A stretch of 64,000 bases of DNA, from contig OZ244650.1 in the NCBI GenBank assembly GCA_965218785.1, forward strand, positions 544,001 through 608,000. The letters run 5' to 3'. Made by a program: the position numbers and the translations under genes. A model generated the notes under the pieces. It was not told the DNA's origin. It did no database searches and saw only the letters and a list, made by a program, of their open reading frames with translations. This document shows positions 9,351 to 17,554 of the stretch, piece by piece. Numbering within the stretch: the first letter of the stretch is position 1; every line of letters begins with the position of its first letter. This stretch comes from Nitrosopumilus sp. Lineage in GTDB: Archaea > Thermoproteota > Nitrososphaeria > Nitrososphaerales > Nitrosopumilaceae.

Positions 9351-9382
9351 TAATAACCGGGTAATTACAACCTAACCCATTA

Positions 9383-9446
9383 TACAGTCAGATACCCCAG
9401 GTCATATCTCTACATTTTATTCAGTAGACCTAATCATCATCCTGCA
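9383..9446 (-). ncRNA. Candidate box C/D guide sRNA
   Basis: Minus strand UGCAG-G-AUGAUGA(C)...CUGA(D')...CUGA(D)-CUGUA; terminal 5-bp stem and k-turn geometry; 53 nt from box C to box D. Confidence 0.45.
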
Positions 9447-9570
9447 GTTGATAACTCACATGAGGGAATTGAACATTTTGAAGGTTTTTGAGCCTGTCTG
9501 CTTGTCTGCCATCTCTGTCTCTTAGTTTCTGATGAGCAATCATTTTTAAACAATTTTATTAAATGATAAC

Positions 9571-10902
9571 ATGCAAAACGCCCCACTTCAGTTGGATTCA
9601 AGTGGAATTCAGACCTCGCTTAATAGTACTGTAAGCAGTTTGATTGAGCAGATTACTCCGGAACTTCCTCATACCAGCTTTGTCACTGATCTGGCGTTTA
9701 TCATGATTATCGGGGCAGTAGTCACACTTGCATTTTTCAAGATAAGGCAGCCGTTGATCATCGGGTATCTCTTTGCAGGAATGTTGATCGGACCATTGTC
9801 GCCGTTTTGGTCGTGGGTTCTACCAGAGGCCGGTCGGCCTACTGACGTACTTGAAGGTGTGGGAATCTTATCTGATATCTCTGCGTTGAATCTTTTCGCT
9901 GAAATCGGCGTCATCTTGCTTCTTTTTGTAATTGGCATTGAATTCCCGTATGCAAAGATCAAAAGCATTGGACGCGTGGCAGTAGGGGTTGGAACCATCG
10001 GATTGTTCTCAACGCTAGGTGTGGTATTCTACACTGCCGGCGCACTTGGAATGAACTTTATGGATTCTTTGTTTATTGCAGCTGCCATGTCCATATCAAG
10101 TACTGCAGTTATTGTCAAGATTTTAGAGGAGATGGGAAAAATCAAAAAGGAATCATCGATACTTGTTCTAGGTATTTTAATTGTTGAAGACATAATTGCC
10201 GTCATCCTGATCTCTACGCTGCAGTCTGTAGCCCTAGTTGGAACCGTCTCTATAGAATCAGTTATCGTGGTGGTGGTAGTTGCTGTGGGCCTGATCGTCG
10301 GAACATTTACTGTTGGAACCCGCGTAATTCCCCCGTTAATTGACAGGGTTGCAGGAGCAGAACACCGTGAGATTCTACTACTTAGCGTACTGGGTGTCTG
10401 TTTTGGATATGCGTTGCTGGCAAACATTGTAGGGTTGTCTGTTGCAATCGGGGCGTTTCTAGCAGGCGTCCTCGTCGCCGAATCAAAGTCCGCCGAAGTT
10501 GCAAAACTGCTTTCAAGTCCAATCAAGGACATGTTTGTGGCCATATTCTTCATATCAGTTGGTGCGCTGATGGATGTATCCCAACTTGAAAATTACATCT
10601 TTGTAGCTATTGCACTAATTGCAGTTGCAACTGGCATGAAGTTTGGAGGAAACCTGGTTGGAAATATGCTGTTCAGACAGGGACGTGGCAAGGCATTCCG
10701 TTCTGCATTTACGCTGGCAGCTCCCCGGGGTGAATTTTCAATCGTAATTGTAAAGGCCGGTGTCGATATAGGTGCTGTCAGCTCTTTTCTATTTCCATTG
10801 ATAGGAATCATCTCTATAATCACCGCGTTTATCTCCCCGTTTTTGGTAAAAGCAGGCGATAAAATAATTCCGATACTGGAAAAGAACGACGATGTCCGAT
10901 GA
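9571..10902 (+). CDS. Cation:proton antiporter (CPA2/KefB-like, Na_H_Exchanger)
   Basis: ~12 TM helices; AEIGVILLLFVIGIE, SSTAVIVK, GILIVED and PRGEFS motifs. Confidence 0.92.
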   Translation: MQNAPLQLDSSGIQTSLNSTVSSLIEQITPELPHTSFVTDLAFIMIIGAVVTLAFFKIRQPLIIGYLFAGMLIGPLSPFWSWVLPEAGRPTDVLEGVGILSDISALNLFAEIGVILLLFVIGIEFPYAKIKSIGRVAVGVGTIGLFSTLGVVFYTAGALGMNFMDSLFIAAAMSISSTAVIVKILEEMGKIKKESSILVLGILIVEDIIAVILISTLQSVALVGTVSIESVIVVVVVAVGLIVGTFTVGTRVIPPLIDRVAGAEHREILLLSVLGVCFGYALLANIVGLSVAIGAFLAGVLVAESKSAEVAKLLSSPIKDMFVAIFFISVGALMDVSQLENYIFVAIALIAVATGMKFGGNLVGNMLFRQGRGKAFRSAFTLAAPRGEFSIVIVKAGVDIGAVSSFLFPLIGIISIITAFISPFLVKAGDKIIPILEKNDDVR

Positions 10903-11416
10903 GCTAAAGCGGTTGTTAGAGCAGGCACATGATGGTATTACCACGTTTGATTTTGACGGCAGGGAGACTCCCTGTATTGTTGTTGAGGCGGCAAAATATG
11001 ATGTGATACTATCAAAAGTTTCCGGACAGTCATTATCAATTGATACTGATCTAAACATTTTACAGGATGGGTTGGGAAATGTTTTTGTTGAAATAGTCCT
11101 GAGGTTTTCGAGGGGAAATATTGTTGAAAAATTCCTAATCAACGCAAAAGATGATCTAGTCTTTTTTGAAACACTTGCAAAAACATCCATGCTTGCACTC
11201 TCATCTCCGAAATCCCATTATGGAAAAGACAACGTGTTTATGATTCAACTGCCACGTCCTCAAAAGGCCCAAGATGCGTTGGAGATCATCCAAGATGCAT
11301 TGATGCCAAAAACCAGAAATAAGCGGCTCGGTATTGGCAGGGTATTTTTAAACTTTGTATGCTCAGCTTTGAGATATTTAAAGTGCAGTTACCGGGATTT
11401 GAACCCGGGTCCCTAA
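10892..11416 (+). CDS. Hypothetical protein coupled to the antiporter; 3' end runs antisense into tRNA-Gly
   Basis: 11-nt overlap with antiporter; first ~140 aa look protein-like, last ~35 aa look like read-through. Confidence 0.65.
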   Translation: MSDELKRLLEQAHDGITTFDFDGRETPCIVVEAAKYDVILSKVSGQSLSIDTDLNILQDGLGNVFVEIVLRFSRGNIVEKFLINAKDDLVFFETLAKTSMLALSSPKSHYGKDNVFMIQLPRPQKAQDALEIIQDALMPKTRNKRLGIGRVFLNFVCSALRYLKCSYRDLNPGP

Positions 11417-11457
11417 CTTGGCAAGCTAGAATATTAACCAAACTGTACTATAACTGC
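11384..11457 (-). tRNA. tRNA-Gly(GCC)
   Basis: GCAGTTA acceptor stem, CTAGC-TT GCC AA-GTTAG anticodon arm, GGTTCAAATCC T arm; CCA not encoded. Confidence 0.96.
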
Positions 11458-11790
11458 AACAATCCTAGAGGTTAAATATGGATATTAAACTGTTTTTTAA
11501 TTCTATTATACAAAAGTAGTTCATCCACCGCTTCATATGAAAAAAAATGGAGCCATATTGGCAAAAGACGCATCATGTCATGGAATCAATGAATTCTGTC
11601 AAATTATGGTTTTACGATCAGATATTTTTGGGATGAAATTTCGCAAAACACCATAATGTTAGTGCAGTGAAAACATACGCTTACTAACCAGAGTAATATT
11701 TTAATCAGATCCTGACAACTTTCGTATCAAAATACAACAAAATTTAAATGTTATAACTCACTCTATTAAAATAATTGGGGTTTTTCTTTA

Positions 11791-12024
11791 ATGGCTACCA
11801 AGTTTGTTAAAGATGAGTATAACGACTCCATATGGAATACTAGTAAATTCATTAAACCTAATGGGGATTTTCAACGTAATAAAGACAATCAGTTAACATT
11901 CATTCCAAAAACACTACCTCCTCCTCCAATGTCTTATGATGATGAATTTGTTATGTTGCTTGCAAAGGCTGAAAGAAAAGTAGGGGAATTAAAAGGGAAG
12001 GGAAGTGAACTGGAAATCCACTAG
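11791..12024 (+). pseudogene. Truncated Fic/DOC-family gene (N-terminal region only)
   Basis: FIPKTLPP...LLAKAERKVGELKG resembles the Fic N-terminal domain; no HPFxDGNGR motif follows; AT-rich flanks. Confidence 0.6.
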
Positions 12025-12247
12025 AGAAAATAATGCTTCCATTATCAGTCTAATCTTTTAAATGATTTAAAAAAATATCACAAATTTTTTACGAAATTTT
12101 AAAGAGTGATGCACCATGTCTGGAAAATTTAGTTTAATTTTTCTAAATCTAGTAAAACTTTAGGCATAAAACATATTTGTTTTGTTAGACAAAATAACGT
12201 AATATCGGGGATTAAACTGTTTTTAACTATTTCAGACAAGATCTAAC

Positions 12248-12511
12248 ATGGATGAAATTCTTCTAAAGAAGATGGAACAAAAAATTCAGGACGCAGTTTC
12301 AAACAAGGATGAAATCAAGCAATTAATCCATCTGTTCTCAGACATTGATGATTCAAAGTCATTTGCCCTGGGTGTCGTGGTGGGCAGAATTTACAATGCC
12401 TTTTACTATCAATCCAAGCGGATTCTAAACCGGGAACCCACTGATAAAGAGTTTGAAGAATTTTTGGAACTTGTCAAAAACATAAAGTCTGATCTAGAAA
12501 ATCTATGGTGA
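12248..12511 (+). CDS. Hypothetical helical protein
   Basis: 87 aa, TTTTAA box ~22 nt upstream, FALGVVVGRIYNAFYYQSKRILNREPT core. Confidence 0.75.
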   Translation: MDEILLKKMEQKIQDAVSNKDEIKQLIHLFSDIDDSKSFALGVVVGRIYNAFYYQSKRILNREPTDKEFEEFLELVKNIKSDLENLW

Positions 12512-13012
12512 TGATTTATTCCAGTCTATGACTTTGATTGTTGGCGTACCTGGCAATTTCACACATGCACCCTTGAGTGCCTTTTTTGCGGCACTTAGGT
12601 GGTCTTCTCCATTTACATACAATTCCATTATGCACTGTCCTACCTTGACTCTGGCACCCAAACTTGTGGCCTTGCCCCACGCCCTTCTCATTCCTTCTGA
12701 AATTCTGTCTGCACCCGCAGTTGCAATCTGTTTGTTTTCTCTTAGAAGATTATGTGGATAAATCCTGAGTCTTGAATAATAACCTAGTTCACCTGTTGTC
12801 TTTTCCAATGTCTTGTTTGCTGCCAGCCTTGTTGATTCAATTGCCACGTGTCTAAGCTGAATTTTTTCATTTAGGCATAACTGGACACAGTATTGATATG
12901 TTGATCTTTTACCTCCCTGAAATTTTGCAATTTTAATCTGTGGTTTTCCCTTGATGTACTCTTTTCTGGTAAAGACCTGTCCATTACCATCCCTGTAATT
13001 GGCACCGTGCAT
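12503..13012 (-). CDS. rpl10e: 50S ribosomal protein L10e (uL16)
   Basis: LRENKQIATAGADRISEGMRRAWGK motif. Confidence 0.95.
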   Translation of the reverse strand: MHGANYRDGNGQVFTRKEYIKGKPQIKIAKFQGGKRSTYQYCVQLCLNEKIQLRHVAIESTRLAANKTLEKTTGELGYYSRLRIYPHNLLRENKQIATAGADRISEGMRRAWGKATSLGARVKVGQCIMELYVNGEDHLSAAKKALKGACVKLPGTPTIKVIDWNKSSP

Positions 13013-13109
13013 GTATTCTCAAATAAAATTGCCCATATTTTAACGGTTAGTCGTGGCTTGCTCATGCCTTCCAATGCTTATATGGAAATCCATTGATTTT
13101 CTTTTCATT

Positions 13110-13673
13110 ATGGAAGAGACTCTCTTGGTCAAAGGCACTATGATTTCAGGCCAGACTTGTATTTCTGATAAGGACATGATCCACGAACTTGAAGAAAAGG
13201 GGTTCGGCGAGATTGAAAAAGAAAAATTATTCCTAAAAGAATTTGAAACTCTTTACCTACTATACACCAAGAGACTAGTCCTAAAAAAGGGAAAAACAAA
13301 GACCAATTTTGATTCCTTCATGAATCTTTGTCAAAAAAGTGATTCTGAGATTCTCACCAAATTCCTGATATACCGTGATCTTCGAAATCGTGGTTATGTT
13401 GTTAAAGACGGATTTGGATTCGGTTCTGATTTTAGAGTCTATGAAAGAGGTCACTTTGGCCAAAAGGGTGCAAAATTTTTAATCTTTGGGCTCAACGAGG
13501 GACAAAAAGAAAAGATGGGAAATCTACAAAAAAAGATCGAGGAGATCACCCAGATGGGAAAAGAACCGATAATTGCAGTAATTGAACGGCGCGGCGAAGT
13601 CATTTATTATAAAATTAACAAGATGAATTTTTATGAAAACAAATCCAGACTAGAAGAATCCTTTCAGCTATAG
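13110..13673 (+). CDS. endA: tRNA-splicing endonuclease subunit
   Basis: YRDLRNRGYVVKDGFGFGSDFRVYERG; start taken at MEETLL. Confidence 0.9.
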   Translation: MEETLLVKGTMISGQTCISDKDMIHELEEKGFGEIEKEKLFLKEFETLYLLYTKRLVLKKGKTKTNFDSFMNLCQKSDSEILTKFLIYRDLRNRGYVVKDGFGFGSDFRVYERGHFGQKGAKFLIFGLNEGQKEKMGNLQKKIEEITQMGKEPIIAVIERRGEVIYYKINKMNFYENKSRLEESFQL

Positions 13674-14329
13674 TCCTGTATTATCCATTTATATGAATAT
13701 TTTAAAAGATTGTTTTTTTCTGCATGAACAAAATCATAGACTTTGACATACTTTGTTTTATTTTCCCACAACTCTTCGAAATCCTTCACCTTTCTTTCAA
13801 CCCTTGATTTATCATTCCATGACGTAAAGACATCAACTGATTCAAAATCCCTCATCTGGGTAGAAAATGATTCACTAGACGTACCGGTAAATGCAACTGC
13901 TTGATCCTGCTCGTCTTTGAATATTCCAATTCTTTCTGAGAACGAGTCTGCAATATGCTCTGAATTTGGAATTGCTATTTTTAGTTCGATCTGACCCTTG
14001 TCTACAATACTTTGTAATTTTTTAATTTTGTTGTTTTTGATCACTTTGCCATCAAATGATCCCGTAAATTTCTCAGAAAAGAGCTTTGCAAGTATGTTAA
14101 GATCATCTGTTCTAAATCTATGACCTGTAATCATTCTTATCTTTGCCTTGCCCATGGCAAAATTATCAAATGCCATAGATATCGTGGCCAGTGTCTGAAT
14201 AGACAAAAAATCAACACATCTGTCGTATTCTATGCAGTTACTCAGACAGGGAAAGAAAAATTTCGATACTATGTCGTCCCTATCTGAACGATATTCCTCC
14301 TTTAGTTCAATCTCCCGTAAACCCAACAA
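13664..14329 (-). CDS. Stand-alone PLD-like domain related to the N-terminus of PLD-SF2 restriction helicases; catalytic motif degenerate
   Basis: Y.S..DDIV..FF.PCL...YDR start and IGIFKD...VAFTG...FESVDVFTSW; expected HxK/GSxN replaced by SER/GTSS. Confidence 0.65.
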   Translation of the reverse strand: MLGLREIELKEEYRSDRDDIVSKFFFPCLSNCIEYDRCVDFLSIQTLATISMAFDNFAMGKAKIRMITGHRFRTDDLNILAKLFSEKFTGSFDGKVIKNNKIKKLQSIVDKGQIELKIAIPNSEHIADSFSERIGIFKDEQDQAVAFTGTSSESFSTQMRDFESVDVFTSWNDKSRVERKVKDFEELWENKTKYVKVYDFVHAEKNNLLKYSYKWIIQDYS

Positions 14330-14381
14330 TTCTCCATCGCTATTTTGTTATTTAAAGAAACAATTTTGTTTTTATTAGCAG

Positions 14382-14456
14382 TGCTCCCATCGGGATTTGA
14401 ACCCGAGTCTTTGGCTTGAGAAGCCAAAATGCTTAACCGGACTACACTATAGGAGC
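14382..14456 (-). tRNA. tRNA-Glu(CTC)
   Basis: GCTCCTA/TGGGAGC acceptor stem, TTGGC-TT CTC AA-GCCAA anticodon arm, GGTTCAAATCC T arm. Confidence 0.96.
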
Positions 14457-14527
14457 TTGATAAAAAACAGACACAGTCTCAATTTAAAGGAAATGCTTGA
14501 ATGAATTTGTAAAACTTTGTGGGGTGA

Positions 14528-15445
14528 ATGCCTTATAGAAAATTCAGTACATCATATCCTGTGGATTTACAAAAATTTATTGAAGAACAATCCTTATCCG
14601 AGTTTCCGATTGGTCTGGGGGGCTGCAGAAATTCAGGTCTTCATTTTGACTCATGCGGGTATGACCTTGTTGTTTTTGATGGAAAATCAGAGCCGGAAAA
14701 AATCATCCAATGCGGAAGCGAATTTGTAATCCTTCACCATGCTTCACTCTCTGAGGGTTCATCAAGAAAACTCCTCGAGTATGACAATCTAAAGATTATT
14801 CATGACGAATCGTGGGATTTGCAAATGTTACTCTCCAAAATCAATGAGAAACGTTCTTCACTCTTTAAAGATCTTGCAAAAAACTGTTTGATTGAATCCA
14901 TGTTTTGTTCTCAAAAAACTAAAGAAGCAATCCAGTCATCTGACGTGTTTGCCCCCTGCTGGCAAAAATGCGCCTCTTACTATCTGGCCGATGCCGTATC
15001 TTCGCTGAACAGTCAAAGATCCGGCCCGTCCCACATGCTGGACTTGCTTCGAAGACTAGAAAAAACCTCGATCAACGAACATATCTCAGTTGTTACCCAG
15101 ACAGTTGGAATTGAAAGATCTACTCTGACCCTGCTTGAACGTATGTTAAAATCCACCATGGGCTTCTCTGATGTGGTAGAAAAAAACAACCATTCGCTAA
15201 TTATTCGGCAAAAACACGATTTCTTTGTAAAAAACTCGATGCTTTCTGACTGTTATTTCTACCTGGGTTATCTAAACAAGGAAAATTTTGTAAAAATCAA
15301 GGATACTTTGAATCGGAAACAGGATCTTATCCACATTCTCAAGGTCGCATTTGACGTTGAATCTGATTCAAATCTGTTGTCCCAACAGGCAGATCTCCTC
15401 CAGAAATCATGCAATGATCTGCTTGAGATGGTTTCAAGAGCCTAG
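14528..15445 (+). CDS. Hypothetical protein, possible degenerate nucleotidyltransferase fold plus helical domain
   Basis: 305 aa; IGLGGC...DSCGYDLVVFD resembles the hG[GS]x9-13DhD NTase motif. Confidence 0.7.
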   Translation: MPYRKFSTSYPVDLQKFIEEQSLSEFPIGLGGCRNSGLHFDSCGYDLVVFDGKSEPEKIIQCGSEFVILHHASLSEGSSRKLLEYDNLKIIHDESWDLQMLLSKINEKRSSLFKDLAKNCLIESMFCSQKTKEAIQSSDVFAPCWQKCASYYLADAVSSLNSQRSGPSHMLDLLRRLEKTSINEHISVVTQTVGIERSTLTLLERMLKSTMGFSDVVEKNNHSLIIRQKHDFFVKNSMLSDCYFYLGYLNKENFVKIKDTLNRKQDLIHILKVAFDVESDSNLLSQQADLLQKSCNDLLEMVSRA

Positions 15446-15498
15446 GCATTCCAGATTTTGCCACTACCTTTTAAAATGAGTAAGATTACTGACTTTTC

Positions 15499-15642
15499 AT
15501 GGTAGATCAAGCATGTGGATGCGAAGCTGATAGCGGCGATCCAGATTATTCATGTGATTGTGCAATGCAAGGTCATTGCATATGCAGTGCTGATTGCAGC
15601 TGTAAAACCGACGTTTGCAAAGAAGCAACTAAAGATATGTAA
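15499..15642 (+). CDS. 47-aa metallothionein-like Cys-rich protein
   Basis: Manual translation MVDQACGCEADSGDPDYSCDCAMQGHCICSADCSCKTDVCKEATKDM: 9 Cys (4 CxC) + His; TTTTAAAA at 15469-15476; T-tract terminator at 15666-15677. Confidence 0.78.
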   Translation: MVDQACGCEADSGDPDYSCDCAMQGHCICSADCSCKTDVCKEATKDM

Positions 15643-15681
15643 TTTAACAGTTAATTACAATCTCATTTTTTATTTTTAAAA

Positions 15682-15849
15682 TTATTCCTCTTCTTCTTCC
15701 ATGCCCCATGATTTTACCAAATCCTTTTGGAACTTGTCTGCCTGTTTTTCATCTAATGCAAACCCACAATTTTTGTGTGTGGGAACCACGGTCATTCCGT
15801 CAAGTTTGAACTCTACCTCATACAAGTGAATTTTTGGACATTCACACAT
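15682..15849 (-). CDS. 55-aa small protein with CxC/H and HxxC motifs and acidic tail
   Basis: Manual translation MCECPKIHLYEVEFKLDGMTVVPTHKNCGFALDEKQADKFQKDLVKSWGMEEEEE; AT-rich box ~25 nt upstream. Confidence 0.72.
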   Translation of the reverse strand: MCECPKIHLYEVEFKLDGMTVVPTHKNCGFALDEKQADKFQKDLVKSWGMEEEEE

Positions 15850-15972
15850 TCTGAATTTTGGTAAATTTTCCTCTATATTTGCTTAATTGAATTGGGCATT
15901 ACCGCTGTTTTTCCCTTTTTTTGTAATCATGAATAACGTTTAACTATGTGAATTACCTATTTTTTTACAGAT

Positions 15973-17508
15973 TTGAAAGCAATATCACTTCTTCCAATCA
16001 TCGCGGTTTTATTATTGGGCTCAATGACGCTTCCATCCGTCTATGCACAAATCCAGGCCGGAGGTGTTGATAAAGAGGGTACGTGGTATGCAGGCGAAGG
16101 TCTCAAACAAGGAGACTATTTTTCCTATTCAATGTGTCATGTAGACTACAAAGATTGTACCCAATTTGACTTGGACTTGTGGATTAAAGGCGACATTAAA
16201 GTTGGAACTGAAACAAAGTGGGTGGCCGAAGCAGTTGTTTATGATGGTAGTAAAATTGTCGTAGGTGAAATACATTTGGGAAAGATTGCTCCAGAACCAA
16301 CAGGCGGCAGTGAAGAACTGGGAGTTTACCGCGGTGCGTTCAAATCTTCTATAGTATGGCTGTCTGCATTTGCAACTTCTGATGATCGTTCCGGTGGAAA
16401 AGGACCAAAAGCATTTAGCGATATATCCTGGGGTAAAATTGCAAACATTGGAGGCGAACAGGTTGTTCCACAGGCGCTTGAAACAATTACAACCCCTGCA
16501 GGAACTTGGGAAACAGTTGTAATTGGATGGAAGACTGGCGGCGCTACAAGTAAGGTTTGGATTGTAGATGACTTTCCATTTCCAGTAAAAGCTAAAACTT
16601 ACGTTCATACAAATACGGGAATTCCTCCAGTTGAATACGAGTTTACATTAATAGAATATCGGCAAGATGTACAAAAAAGTCCGTTTGAATCAATAGTGTC
16701 TACAAAAAATGAAGGTGTGGCACTAGGCTGTGAAACCAATTTTGCCAAGGATACTAGCATAAAAAAGCCTACACATGATTTTAATTATCAATTGCACATA
16801 TTCTACGGTCCGGAGGATCCTGTTCAGGGATGTGAAATGCAGTGGATAATTGAATTTATCAGCAAGTATAACGATGCGGAAAGATTGAATCAGGTTCAAT
16901 TTGATGTCTATGTGGTTAATGATGAGTTTGACTGGCCACCTCTTAGATCAATTGCGCAAGAAGCGGGCAAAGAATTTCTTTATTCCCAATCAGGACAATA
17001 CATTCTGGACTTTGTTGTACGTGAAAAACCAGGCATTGCAAACTATGTGATCTGGATAAATGGCTTGGCCCCTGATTGGGCTGTTCCAACATCATCTCCG
17101 GACTATCTGGAAATCAGCATTCCGATATTTGCAGCCGATAAAAGTTTCACGCCGCCATCTGTCCCGAACACTGATCCAGAAACTGTTCCGGACACTGATC
17201 CAGAAACTGTTCCGGACACTGATCCAGAAACTGTCCTGGAAATTCCTGACTGGGTTAAAAATAATGCCGGCTGGTGGGCAGATGGAACCATAGATGACGC
17301 CTCTTTTGTAGGAGTAATTCAATATCTAATTGAGAATGGAATTATGAAAATCCCCCCAACAACCCAGGGAGAATCTGGTACTGGTGAAATTCCCGACTGG
17401 ATTAAAAATAATGCTGGCTGGTGGGCAGATGGAACCATAGATGACGCCTCTTTTGTAGGAGGAATTCAATATCTAATTGAGAAAGGCATCCTGAATATAT
17501 CCTCCTGA
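15973..17508 (+). CDS. Secreted/surface protein with two C-terminal thaumarchaeal IPxWxKNNAGWW domains
   Basis: Signal peptide ending VYA; duplicated IPDW(V/I)KNNAGWWADGTIDDASFVG.IQYLIE.GI. Confidence 0.88.
   Translation: MKAISLLPIIAVLLLGSMTLPSVYAQIQAGGVDKEGTWYAGEGLKQGDYFSYSMCHVDYKDCTQFDLDLWIKGDIKVGTETKWVAEAVVYDGSKIVVGEIHLGKIAPEPTGGSEELGVYRGAFKSSIVWLSAFATSDDRSGGKGPKAFSDISWGKIANIGGEQVVPQALETITTPAGTWETVVIGWKTGGATSKVWIVDDFPFPVKAKTYVHTNTGIPPVEYEFTLIEYRQDVQKSPFESIVSTKNEGVALGCETNFAKDTSIKKPTHDFNYQLHIFYGPEDPVQGCEMQWIIEFISKYNDAERLNQVQFDVYVVNDEFDWPPLRSIAQEAGKEFLYSQSGQYILDFVVREKPGIANYVIWINGLAPDWAVPTSSPDYLEISIPIFAADKSFTPPSVPNTDPETVPDTDPETVPDTDPETVLEIPDWVKNNAGWWADGTIDDASFVGVIQYLIENGIMKIPPTTQGESGTGEIPDWIKNNAGWWADGTIDDASFVGGIQYLIEKGILNISS
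17161..17234 (+). repeat. In-frame 24-bp tandem repeat (~3 copies, PDTDPETV)
   Basis: ACACTGATCCAGAAACTGTTCCGG starting at 17168, 17192 and 17216 (last copy partial). Confidence 0.9.
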
Positions 17509-17554
17509 CCTGCCTACCTCTAACTTATAAAATCGCCCCGAATAATTAATTATA

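Noticed and set aside
11537-11656. 39-codon ORF MKKNGAILAK... in the AT-rich scar
   Set aside because: No motif or clear promoter; compatible with a chance ORF
11384-14456. Integrated element between tRNA-Gly and tRNA-Glu
   Set aside because: The interval contains core genes (rpl10e, endA); no integrase or duplicated tRNA end was seen
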